This document shows, piece by piece, positions 27,953 to 39,985 of a stretch of DNA of 64,000 nucleotides. Under the pieces are notes generated by a model that worked only from the letters and a program-made list of their open reading frames with translations, made no database searches and was not told the DNA's origin. Position numbers and translations under genes: made by a program. Origin of the DNA: Octopus vulgaris (taxonomy: Eukaryota); the NCBI GenBank assembly GCA_951406725.2, contig OX597815.1, positions 76,074,001 through 76,138,000 of the forward strand, given 5' to 3'. Within the stretch, counting starts at the first letter, position 1, and each line of letters begins with the position of its first letter.

Positions 27953-28399
27953 GTAAGCAATAACCATGCCTTTGATTTACCTCAGTAGCAATGCTACTTC
28001 TTTGGTGTATCTTGTATTTAATTTACATGCTTTTCAATATTGGAATATATTCTCAGAAAACTATATAGATAGACTAGTGTAATCAAATTTCTTTTTTTTT
28101 TCTGGAACACCCACCTAAAATACTATGAAACTTTTGCTTCTCAGCTTTTATCTTTATGTAATAAAGGTAGTGGCTTACCACTACCTTTGTTACATAACTC
28201 ACCCTTAGGAGATGGTCTTGATCCCTTTGATAACTACTGATATATACAAGTGGATTGGATGTTGATTTATAGAAGGTAGCATCTCTTGTTAGGTGGTTAA
28301 GTTACAAATAACTAGTGTCTCACTGAATATAATTTATAACTTTGGAATCAAGTTGTGACAGTGATGTTACAGTCTATTTTCTGAGTAACAAACCTATTC

Positions 28400-28780
28400 A
28401 AACCAAAGTTTTCACCATAGAGATGGTTGCAGGTGGGTTTGTGGGCAAATCTGCTTATGATTTCATGAAACTGTTCTCAATTGCTGGAAGAGAACTAGAG
28501 CTCTTAAGGCAAGAATCAATTGAGAAAACTTCCAACTGGATTTAGTCAAGGAGGAACAGAAGTAAATTTCAAAATAGTCAACTGATGTCTCAGACTGAGC
28601 TGGTTACAATACACACCCAAAGTACCTTGACTCTGGGACACCCTAAACTATCCAATAGCATAGAATGTGACAGCAGAGGAGTATCTAGGAGTCATGACCT
28701 AGATGCATCCTGGTCCTCAGAGAGTGTAAGGAGTTAAGGGCTGAAACACTTGCATGAAGGAAGTTTCTGTCCTGTTTTCC
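28400..28780 (+). mobile_element. 3' end of a Hero/NeSL-like element (restriction-like endonuclease tail and UTR)
   Basis: IEMVAGGFVGKSAYDF...EKTSNWI resembles VEVGCRGFVG...AExxSxWIW. Confidence 0.6.
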
Positions 28781-31729
28781 TTAGAGGTTCATACTAGTTA
28801 TAGGCAGGGTAAAATACTTTTTTTTTCAGGATTTCAAAAATTCTAAAGACCAGTTCATAATTCCAGTGTCTGGTCTTGTGATTGACTGTTGAGATGTCCC
28901 TGTTCAAGCTGCAATGGCCAATTTATTCAAATTTTCATAAATAAATTTCTGCATGTGCATTATAATAGTGAATGTTGTTCCAAAAGCATTGTGTTATGAA
29001 CATGTATCAATTGACTGGAGTAATATGGAATTGTTTATATAGTGTATTACTGTAACATGAGAATTGAGCACCGTTTCTTGAACTACCAAAATGGGTTTTA
29101 TACAAAGTTCTATCTACTGTCCCCAATTGCAATAAGGGAATTGTAAAAAAAAAAAAAAAAAAAAATGAAAATGTCGGTTTAAAATTTTATGATATTTTAA
29201 AGAAAGGGCTTTGCAGGTGTTGAGTTTTTCAAGCAGTTCTTATTGTATTATGTATCCTACAGAAATCATGCTAGTTTGACTTTCAAAGTCTTGATGCATA
29301 GTTGTGAATTAATGTTTGTATAATCTTCACTAGTAGGTCATCAGTTGATCTCTTAGAATAAAATCAATACTGATATTATTGATAAGAGAGTTGCTTTCCT
29401 TATAGGACAGCAATTTTAATATTTCTTTCTTTTTTTAAATATAATTTTATAGATGTTATTTTTATTTTCATTTTTTCCTATAAACTGCTGTGAGAGTAGT
29501 TACTTGTGGAGTTGTTGATCTGTGGAAATTTCTTATGCATTCACATGACAGGGAAAATTACTGAATGTTAGTTATAAGGATACACTTTTGATGCCCTTAT
29601 TAAGAAATTTTTTGGAATATTAATATACAGAATCTTGGTATGATAGGATTGAAATACTTATGAGTTTGCTTTCTTTTTTTTTTTTTTTTGTAATTTGATA
29701 TAGTTTATTGTAGTACAGGGTAGTTTCATAATGGGATGCATAATTGAATAATTCAATAGTTTTCATATTTTAAGTACATATTACTTTTTATTTCAATACT
29801 GAAGCTTTTCAAATGTTATTGTATCTTTATTTATTTACTTTTTGCAAAGTTTTGCTTGGCACTGTGTAGATGCAAGCACATTTGCAAACTGTTTTTACTG
29901 CAGTCTATATAATAATACTCCAAAACTCGTGTGTGCTTAATGGTCTATTTTGTAATCATCAAAATGGTAAATCACAGAACAGTATATCCAACATAGTAGT
30001 AGCATTATTATATTACAATAGATGCTGAGGTTCAATTTTAACTCTAGTAATCAATGATGATTGTATTCTATAAAAACTGGTAACTTTTGGGAGAGGTTAG
30101 GGATGGTTATGTAGCCCAAGATCAGCCCTGCACAAGCAAACCTATAGCACATCAGTACTTGGTCAAAGTACTAGGTATGATCCATAGATTTATTGCTACA
30201 GATATGCCAAAGCTCTATCAAGTTGAAAACCAGGCTGGACTGCATGATGATCCCAAACCTCCCAATATGTCTGAGATATTAAGGTTGCTGTTTAGCTCCA
30301 ACTGAACTCATTGAGCAGACCTGTGATCACAGCTTTCCCAGCTATGGCCATACCATGTCTCCCCACCTTTTTTTTTCACAGTGCTTGCAGGATTACACTA
30401 TCATATGTATCCTCTTTTTTAACATGAAGATTACTTGGTTGCTGTTTCTAGTAGGCTTCCTGAGTGCTTTGGTATATGAAAGACATACATAAGAGGTAGG
30501 TGTAAGTCATCTGCTTAGCTATTTTGGATATGTCAGAGTGAATCACAATTTTGCCAAGGATAAATTAACATAGAATTGGATGGTTTGGTTGCAGAATCTG
30601 TTGTGGGATAGAAAAATGTGGCATGGGTTGCTTTGAATAGAACGATGTGATTGTAGCAGAAATAGGGTGGCGATGTAATGGCTTTGTTTACTGATGAAAA
30701 TGAAGTTAAGTGTTTAGAGAGATGACGTATCAATAAAAGACATAGTGAAGCGAAGCTATGTTAATGTAGAAGCGTGAAAGCCAGAAGAAGGATATGCTCT
30801 GAAGTCACTGAGGATGGTGTCTTCAGAGAGATGAGGTAGAGATTTCCACTGTATGACAAGATACAGTTGAACAACTGCTAATTTAGTTTCAATTTCTATA
30901 AATCTATTGGTGTCTATTGAATTGCATTATTGCCACAAAGTGAGCTGACAGAATTGGTAGCACACTGGACAAAATGCACTTAGTGGAATTTCTTCCAAGT
31001 CTTTACATTCCGAGTTCAAATCTCATCAAGATCAACTTTATTAATCCTGAAAAGATGAAAGACAATGTACCAGTCAAGTATTGAACCATTGTAGTCAACT
31101 TGTCCCCACTCCCAAAAAGAATTATTGGCTCAAATTAGCATTTCTAACTTATGTGAATGTGTGTAACTATACATGTATGGAACACACACAGTGTGAGTTT
31201 ATTTGAATTTTCTATGTGAAAATTTGCTTAAGAAGTTGGAATTTTTTTTTAATTTTAAGGAAAAGTGAGCAGAAATATTTATACGTCAATGTGAAATAAG
31301 TAATTTTAAATGTAAGGAATGAAGATTAGGTTAATATCTTAATTAAAAAATAAGCTCAGCTTTGATTTCCAATGATTTGGGGAGGAGCAGTTATTTATTT
31401 TCTTCTTTAATATGAAAAAGTCAAGTTGGTTAGTTTCTGTAAAGGTTATTATTTCGTGTCCATTTATCTTCAGTACGTTGTATTTTTATAACATGAGAGT
31501 TGCATTAGCTGAGGGTATTGGACTAGCAGTCAAAATATTGATGGCTTGTACATAATCAATCATAAGGACACAAAAGTTCCTATATGTGGTTGCCTGGCCT
31601 TCTAAAAAAGAGCAGTCAGATCTCTCTCAAAAACCAGAATTATTCACAACTGACCTGATGATATCACAACTCTTGGATTTTTGTGAGAGGATATCTAATA
31701 TACTGCTCATTTTAAAACCACCACTTCAA

Positions 31730-31930
31730 GCTAGTGAGAGTTTCTTTGCCGCTATGCAGTCATTTGACCTACTAGAAATAGCTGCCAAATCTCTTTGAAA
31801 TCACACCTCACTGTGGTGTTGGTGGGGAGGGAAGAACACATTAAATAGTTTTAAATATCCCTACAAATATAGGATGTTCAGGGCTGGAATACCTTTGAGT
31901 GTAGGTTTCCTCAATGGGGCCAACAAGACC
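31730..31930 (+). repeat. Unclassified interspersed repeat family D
   Basis: gacctactagaaatagctgccaaatctc motif shared with about 47850-48055 (+), about 30270-30460 (-) and about 63645-63680. Confidence 0.55.
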
Positions 31931-33679
31931 ATCACCTTCTGGCTCTTGATACCTCTAGCAGAGTTTACTTTTTTGTAGGAACTTAGACCAGACTAATACA
32001 GTATCTTCATGTAATACTTCTTTTATGTAGATTCTTTTGTGGATACTAGTGGAGAGGGTCTTATTGTGAAGACTTGCAGCTTGATAATGAATAACAACTG
32101 AGAATACTACCTTATCAACAGGCATATAATCTTGAACTCATTTCTAGCTTCTTATTAGTGGCCCTCTCTACCTTCTTACTTGTGTCTCTCTCTAGCAATT
32201 TGAGGATTTTTTTGAGGCTCGAGATCAACCTGAGGTTATTAATTTCTATTTGTTTACAGAACATCAATGAAGTTGGTGGCAAATGGTGAATATTGTGTTC
32301 ATTCGCACTCATTAAACATTTAACTTGATTTACAACTATGATTAAGTCTGCAGAAGTGAACAAGAAGCACTTTTGTTGATGATTCATCCTCCTTTTTGCT
32401 AATTAGGGTCTGTTGAGTCTTAGAACTCATAAGGTTGAGGCTTAACTCAGTTTCCACAGTGTAGATGTAACAGAGATTATAAGAATCACCCACTGAACAT
32501 GATGCCAGTCTATCATAGTTAACTTCCCAGCTATTGCTTGAACTCCTTTACAGCTGAGTAGACTGGAGCAATATGAAATGATGTGTTTTGCAGTGTCCAG
32601 TCCAGGAATCAACTGCAGTCCCATTTTCTTTTTAATGCAACACCCTAAATACTAGGCCACATGCTTTCATCCTCTTCCCTATTACCCATGGAGTTTTAGC
32701 CCAGCTGTTGCTCTATTCACATTTAGTAACAAGCAAACTGCACATTATTAGATAACACATCTCTCGCCCTCTATCATTAAACCATCATTGCTGTCCAAGC
32801 TATGCTCTACATACCAGCTTCTTTCTGAAAGGTGATATTTTGTGTTTATGTAGAATTCATTATTCCCTCCACCTTACTTCTTTCACTCATGTATTAACAA
32901 CAAAGGCTTCCAGTTATTCTGGCTGAAAAGTCTCTCTTCATCTTTCCTCTCAGTTCATAAGACTGTATGCATTATTATTATTATTGCATAAGCAGAAGTG
33001 TCTGCCATAAATACGTGTCTTAAATGTTCAAATTATAGCACGAGTGTTAGAAAATAATCCACAGAACTCTGGTGTTCTGTAAACGTGAACTAAGATGTGG
33101 TAAATTGCTGATGACCTGGTTTCCATTGCAGAACTGAAAAGAACTGGTGGGAATGTTCAGCATGAGGAAAAGTAAAGTCAAAAAGTCATAAATATCGACA
33201 CTTGCAGTGACTAACACTCCTCTTAGCAGCTGAAAACACAGAAAACTAGCAGCATCTAGAGACTAACTTATGCAGGAAGGCTGTAGCTAGGATATCAATT
33301 TTGTATAAAGGAAACAAAAGCTACCATGGGTAGTTTTGTAGTACCAAATGCATTGAAATATTTAGAAGCAAGAGCAGCTATGAAATAAAGACCATGGATT
33401 TTTCACTGGGGGTAGTATTTATCTTCAAATATGTAGATAATACCATTAGTGTTGAATCAAATCTTGTGGAAATATTGTGGCTGCAGTAGAAACATGCTGG
33501 AAAACATTTAATGGTTTCTTATCTCTGTTGGCAACAAATGGTACTTCTTTTCATGTGTAAGTTATAAATTTATTGAATAAAACTAGTAAAAAATCTTGTG
33601 AAAAGAAATTAACAAAGGAAGAATACTTATCGACTTAATGTTTACTCCTCATTCCTGTGTAAATGGCTGCTCCCTCCTG

Positions 33680-33968
33680 GAGCGTTATCGTTACCAACGT
33701 TGCTTCACTGGTACCTGTGTCGATGGCACGTGTAAAAAGATTTGAGCGAGGTTATTGCCAGTACCGCCTGATTGGCCCCCGTGCAGGTGGCACGTACAAA
33801 GCACCCACTACACGCTCAGAGTGGTTGGCGTTAGGAAGGGCATCCAGCTGTAGAAACTCTGCCAGATCAAGACTGGAGCCTGGTGCAGCCATCTGGTTGC
33901 CAGCCCTCAGTCAAAACTGTCCAACCCATGCTAGCATGGGGAAAATGGACGTTAAATGACGATGATGA
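33680..33968 (+). mobile_element. RTE-type 3' UTR/tail fragment
   Basis: GGCACGT repeats, then GGCGTTAGGAAGGGCATCCAGCTGTAGAAAC ... GGACGTTAAATGACGATGATG. Confidence 0.85.
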
Positions 33969-33969
33969 T

Positions 33970-34181
33970 CTATATGTATATTTATAGATATGTATATATA
34001 TATATATATATATACTTATGTGTATATATGCTTGTATACTTATGTGTATATATGCTTGTATACTTATGTGTATATATTTGTATGTACATGTATATATACT
34101 TATATGTATATATACATGTATATATATGTGTGTATGTATATGTGTGTGTATGTGTGTATACATTTGTATATTTATGTGTGT

Positions 34182-34226
<45 letters not shown>

Positions 34227-34261
34227 CGTGTTTGTATATATATGTATACACGTGTTTGTAC

Positions 34262-34311
<50 letters not shown>

Positions 34312-34325
34312 CCCTCTCTCTCTGT
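33970..34325. repeat. Complex (TA)/(TG) microsatellite with 24-bp higher-order units
   Basis: tatacttatgtgtatatatgcttg is repeated; source of six spurious ORFs. Confidence 0.95.
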
Positions 34326-34334
34326 CTCTTGGAG

Positions 34335-34513
34335 AGGCACAAGCACTTAAAAAGCACCCACTACACTCACAGAGTGGTTGGCATTAGGAAGGGCATCCAG
34401 CTTTAGAAACACTGCCAGATCAGACTGGAGCCTGGTGCAGCCTCCTGGCTTCCCAGACCCCTGTCCAATCGTCCAAGCCGTGCTAGCATGGAAAACGGGC
34501 ATTAAATGATGAT
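34335..34513 (+). mobile_element. RTE-type tail copy followed by microsatellite (34515-34632)
   Basis: AAAAAGCACCCACTACACTC...GGCATTAGGAAGGGCATCCAG...ATTAAATGATGAT. Further short tails at about 4020-4125, 23975-24135, 40370-40552, 58800-58995 (+) and 61965-62100 (-). Confidence 0.85.
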
Positions 34514-34553
34514 AATATATATATATATATATGTGTGTATATATATGTATGTA

Positions 34554-34600
<47 letters not shown>

Positions 34601-34814
34601 ATATATATGTGTGTGTATGTATGTATGTATATAAAATACACTGCTTTATTTTGAGTTTGCCAGTGTTAACAATACTCACAAATAAAATACAGACTGGAGA
34701 AATGGTGCTCCAAATGAGGTATATTCCACTTAATAATTTCATGGGAGGCAATACAAGCAGAAACCTTGAGGAACACATGCCAGGATAATGTTATTTATAA
34801 ATGTGGCTTTGAAA

Positions 34815-34860
<46 letters not shown>

Positions 34861-34864
34861 ATAG

Positions 34865-35105
34865 TTTGATAAACTTCAAGCAGAGGTGCCAAAGCCACCT
34901 GAGTTCTTTTAACGATTCTAAATAAAGGACATTTACGCATTGGCATCATATGTTAATGACCTTAAAGAAAAGAATAATTTATTCAGGTATTGTGGTTTAT
35001 CTTTGATATGGAATTGGATCCAGTAGATGTGATTTGTGCATCAGGGAAGCATATATTATATTGAAAAGCTATAATCATGCTATGTTGAATAAATTTACTG
35101 ATGCA
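34865..35105 (+). mobile_element. Degraded GIY-YIG endonuclease C-terminus of a Penelope-like element
   Basis: Manual translation across frameshifts gives NFKQRCQSHLSSFN..LASYVNDLKEKN..YGIGSSRCDLCIREAYYI..MLNK, matching the FKxRxxxHxxSF/LSxYxxxLK/CxLCxxE/LNK pattern. Confidence 0.65.
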
Positions 35106-35312
35106 ATACCAGCTTGTACACATAGGATCGACTCTACGTTCTTGAAGAAATTTAAAAATAATAATAATAATTAAAATATAAAATAATAAATAAATAATTA
35201 AAAAATCACAATAAGTATAGTATAAGGTTACATTAATGTAATAGATATGATTTGAACTTAGCTAATTTCATAAAAACATGGGAATAAAAGGTCTCGGTCT
35301 CTGGTCATTTCC

Positions 35313-35865
35313 ACCGAGGAAATGACCAGAGACCGAGACCTTTGGAAGTATGCTGTGCATGAGAAGACTTGGCAGGACAAGTGAGGCCATAACCCGTGGC
35401 CTCTACCTGGGACGTAGTCAGTCCACCTGTGCATACCTTCCTTCTTGAGACACATAACTCTACTTGTGAAGACCTGTTGAGGCAAGTGAAAATCAAAATC
35501 AAAATCGATCAACATCAATGGAATTTGTAGCTGTGATACCAGTGCCGGTGGCTTGTAAGAGAACCATCCGAACATGGCCATAGCCAGCGCCGCATCGACT
35601 GGCCTCCGTGCTGGTGGCACGTAAAAAGTACCATCCAAGCATGGCCGTTTGCCAGCCTCATCTGGCACATGTGTCGGTGGCACGTAAAAAGCACCCACTA
35701 CACTCATGGAGTGGTTGGCGTTAGGAAGGGCATCCAGCTGTAGAAACACTGCCAGATCTGACTGGCCTGGTGCAGCCTTCGGGCTTCCCAGACCCCAGTT
35801 GAACTGTCCAACCCATGCTAGCATGGAAAGCGGACGTTAAACAATTATGATGATGATGATGATGA
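35313..35865 (+). mobile_element. Young RTE LINE 3' fragment with a fold-back at its 5' junction
   Basis: ORF end TEEMTRDRDLWKYAVHEKTWQDK*, CpG-rich 3' UTR with GGCACGTAAAAA repeats, (GAT)n tail. Confidence 0.85.
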
Positions 35866-35907
35866 ATGGGTTAGTCTGGGTTGAACTTAACACATGCTTT
35901 TACCATA

Positions 35908-37198
35908 TGAGAGGCGTTCAATAAGTAATGCCCCTGACCCACTTCCCATAGCAGTAGAGCAACGAAACTTGGCACAGTTATTAGTCTTTTTCTACATAGG
36001 AACCACCCAGAGTTACGCATTTCTCACATCGTTTGATGCAGCTCTGAAGACCGTTTTGTAGAAGACCCCAGCTTGGTCCTCCAACCACGACGTGACTTCA
36101 GAAATCAAGGCTGCATCATCTGGGAAACGCTTTCCTTTCAAAAACAACTTCATGGCTGGGAAGAGGTGAAAATCAGAGGGTGCAAGGTCAGGAGAGTAGG
36201 GGGGATGGGGGATGAGTTCATAGCTGCACGCCTGTGCTTCTGATCTGGCGACACGCGAGTTGTGAACCGGATCGTTGTCCTGCAAGAGGAGGATGCCTTT
36301 GCTGATCTTGCCCCGCCTCTTGATTTTGATAGCTTCTCTTAATTTCCTCAAAAGTGAAGCATAATAGGCTCCTGTAATTGTGGCACCCTTTGCCAGGAAA
36401 TCTGTCATCACTACTCCGTCCTGGTCTCAGAAGACTGTGAGCATGACCTTGCCAGCAGAAGGCTGCACCCTTGCCTTCTTTGGAGGAGGTGAGTCACGGT
36501 GTGTCCACTGCATTGACTGGGCTTTGGTCTCTGGATCATAGTGATGGACCCAGGTTTCATCCTGTGTAATCAGTCTTTTGAAAAATTTTGACTCATCTTC
36601 TTGGCACATCTCCAAATTCATCCTCGAGCAATCGACACGTTCTTGCTTCTGGAAAGACGTGAGCAACCTGGGAATCCATCTGGTAGACACCTTTTGCATA
36701 TGCAAATGGTCATGAATGATAGTTTCCACAGACCCAGTACTAATCTTGACCTCATGGGCTATTTGGCGAATAGTTATGCGTCGATCTTCCAAAATGGCAG
36801 CCTCAACATGACGGACAGATGCCTCATCAATGGCAGAAGGGGGCGACCAGATCTGGGAGCTGTTTCCACAGAGTTCCGACCATGTTTGAATTCATGATGC
36901 CAGCGTTTTACAAGGTCATATGATGGGGCATCATCACCATAAGTTACTTTCATTTCATCAAAAGTCTCCCATGGTGTGCGTTCTTTCAAATACAAAAACC
37001 GGATCACTGCTCGACACTCAACAGGCTCCATTTCACACTTGACTCAGTTCAAACACTTGTAAATCAGAAACCACAATTAGTCCAGAGCTGTAATTGGCCA
37101 CTTAATCTATAAAGATATAAATAATTGTACATGCAAAATTTCAGCTAGATCGAATAACTGCAAGTGGGTCAGAAGCATTACTTATTGAACGCCCCTCA
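35908..37198 (-). mobile_element. Near-complete mariner transposon (DD34D, irritans-like); transposase pseudogenised
   Basis: 1291 bp, TA on both sides, 37-bp TIRs TGAG(A/G)GGCGTTCAATAAGTAATGC..CTGACCCACTT with 3 mismatches. ATG at 37031; motifs RSGRP, WIPRLL, ITQDETW, LQDN, HPPYSPDLAPSDFHLF. Frameshift near 36840, TGA at 36427 and a probable frameshift near 36050. Confidence 0.95.
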
Positions 37199-37316
37199 TA
37201 GTCTTTTGATTATAAATATCTATAAAGGTTGGTAAGCGCAATGTCTCAAATTCTTTCAGATGAGCTGATATGTCATTGTATAATTGTATTTTTGTGTTTC
37301 ATATATTGTGTGAAAA

Positions 37317-37394
37317 CATCCTGATGAAGGGAGTGTCAGTTTTAAAAATATGAAATATATCATATTGGCACGTCTCTGAAACGGCCCGTAGATG
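37317..37394 (+). ncRNA. Type I minimal hammerhead ribozyme motif
   Basis: CATC-CTGATGA-AGGGA.GTGTCAGT...ATTGGCAC.G.TCTCT-GAAA-CGG.C.CCG-TA-GATG: stem I CATC/GATG, long stem II, palindromic stem III, GUA cleavage triplet ending at 37390. Confidence 0.75.
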
Positions 37395-37526
37395 GAATTT
37401 TAAAATTTTTGTTTATTTTCGTGGTATTTTTTAGTACGTCCTTTTAATACTTTATCATCTCAAGTTTGAAAATTGGTTGAAAACTGTGGAAATGCATGCA
37501 TTTTACATACACACACAGACATCCTT

Positions 37527-37559
<33 letters not shown>

Positions 37560-38207
37560 TATATAGATAGATAGTGGGTAAAATGGCTCTCTAGATCATT
37601 CCTTGTGTGTTCAACTACTCTGTACCATAGGACTGTTTGGTGAGGATTGAATTGGGGCCACACAACAACAGCCAGTCATGGTCTTCCTCTAAGCCAATCT
37701 AATTACTCTATCCCTTTGTCATTGATCTTGATAAGGGAGCTGGAGTCTTTTATTATTAAAAAAATTTTTTTTTAATTTCCATTTTCAGTTGAAGTTTCTG
37801 TGATTTCCAGTTAGTAACTGTTGAAGTAGATGACTCGCATCCAAAGCTTAGTGTATAATCATTTCACAGAAAGACCAAAATGTATTCAAATATGTTTGTG
37901 TATTGAAGTTAATTACTAGATTTTACAGTCCAGTTGTCTAGCTTTCAGGAATTAACCCCAATATTTATCATTTGTTTTACTGTCTGGAATTGTTGAGGAC
38001 AGTTGTAAAAGTTAATTTGTTTTACTAGCTTTTCTCTTGTTAGTATTGTGTAAGTTTAACTGAAGAATAATTTGATCCTAAACAGAATATGTCATCTCTT
38101 GAGTTTTCATAACTGTTTCTACAAATATGTATTTTCTATGAAATATGTACATCTATCTTGATGTTTGTCATTTTAATGTATAAAATTGAAAGTGTATATT
38201 TTTTTTT

Positions 38208-38600
38208 ATCTTTACTCTTTCCACTCATTGGATTACAGCTATGCTTGGGTATTACCTGGAAGAGTTTAGAAACAAACTGTCAATATTTAAGTCTGGCACT
38301 TATTCTATTTGTCCTTTTTGCTAAACTGCTAAGTTGTAAGGACGTAAACAAACCCACACTGGTGATGATGGTGGGGCAAACACAAAGACACACATGTATG
38401 TATAAATAAACATATATGCATATATACATGCGCATATAGAATACATATATGTGCTTCCATAGAATTTCCATCTACCAAATTCACTCACAAGGCACTGGTC
38501 AGCTTAGGGTTACAGTAGAAGACACTTGCCCAAGGTACTGCATAGTGGGACTGAACCTGAAACCATGTGGTTGCAAAGCAGCTTCTTAACTACATAGCCA
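38208..38600 (-). mobile_element. SINE family A, older copy
   Basis: gacacttgcccaaggtac...gtgggactgaacc..aaccatgtggttg. Partial copies also at 1-125, 21770-21915 (-), 8700-8885 and 39465-39720 (+). Confidence 0.8.
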
Positions 38601-39809
38601 TGCATGTAAAAATTGTGATTTTTTATTCACTGGAGGAAGGACAACGGCCATGAGATTTTAGCTGGGCCTCTAAACTGGTGGGGAAAGGTGGTTGGGAGTA
38701 TGTGTGTGGTGGAGCAAGATCTCCATAATCTAAGATCTAAGAAAGCAATTTTGATTACTTGCAACAGAGTAGACTGTGTTAAATGCACCCCATGGCCAGG
38801 TGATGGTGTTTTAAGCTGAGCCATAGATAAAGCCTGCCACCCAAAATTATTTTCTTATATCACTAACTTCATTGCTTTTAGCAATGCATTATGTTGCCTT
38901 TTTTCTATGGATCTTGGTAAAACATAACAAAAACCAAAATGATTTAGATAATGTTTGTAACATATGGGGATATTTTGATAACTTTTACATTAATATAGTC
39001 ATGATGTGATGTCAATTTGGTTTAGTTACAAAATAATAAAGTTTATAGTACAACAGTTAACTGTTCTAACAATAGAATTGTTTGTTTACCCTCTTAACTC
39101 AAAGAAAATAATTTTAGCACATTGAGAACATATAGTAAATAACTGAATAAATAAATACTTGGCATAACTTCAGTTTGGTTCAGATTTCTTTCTATACAAC
39201 TTTGAGTAATAACTACTGAATAAATGTCATTTTAAGGCTACAAAAGTAATTAACTTGAAATTATAATGTATTTGTTTATATAAATGTATATGTAACATGA
39301 ATTAAAAATTTTACATATAAATTGAAAAAGTGTGTACAAAGAGTAATATTGAAATATAAAGAACAATATTAAAAAAAATTACTATTGTTCCTCTTTCTAT
39401 TTATGTAGGATGCATATTTTCTCTTGTACATGTTTTGCTTATTTTGCATATTAAAAAAAAAGATGCTGGATGTGGTTAAGAAGCTTGCTTTGCAACCATA
39501 TGGTTCCTGCTTCAGTCCCATTGTGCAGTACCTTGGGCAAGTATCTTCTACTGTAGCCCCCAGCGAGCCAAGGCCTTGTGAATGAATTTGGTAACTGCAA
39601 ACCTATTATATGTGTATGTATGTCAAGATCCTGCCCTGCTGCTTGCCAAGCAGTATTGGTTTGTTTGTGCCATTGTAATTTAGTGGTTTGGCCAAAGCAA
39701 CTTATAGAATAAGTACCAGACTTAACCTGTTACCATAAAAAAAACAAAAAAGAGAATTTGCACAAAGACATAATTATAGTTATGTCTTTGTGTTAAGATG
39801 TAAATTTAT

Positions 39810-39985
39810 GTGGCCTAGTGGTTAGGGTATTGGATCATATGGTCATGAGTTTGATTCTTGGACTGGGCAGTGTATTGTCTCCCTGAGCAAGGCACTTTAT
39901 TTCATGTTGCTTTAGTCTTAGAGATAGTCAGTGATGTACAGTGTATCACTTATGAATATGTCCATTCCAGGGCAGAATCATGTGT
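39810..39985 (+). mobile_element. Third tRNA-derived SINE type (V-SINE/CORE-like), degenerate
   Basis: GTGGCCTAGTGGTTAGG A box, gagtttgattc B box, ccctgagcaaggcacttta motif. Confidence 0.55.

Noticed and set aside
31960-32300. Possible Penelope RT N-terminal remnant on the minus strand
   Set aside because: Only a faint resemblance (LERDTSKKVE); too decayed to support without a profile search.
33867-34788. Long overlapping Y/I/H/T/V/C-rich ORFs on both strands
   Set aside because: They are translations of (TA)/(TG) microsatellite, which lacks stop codons.
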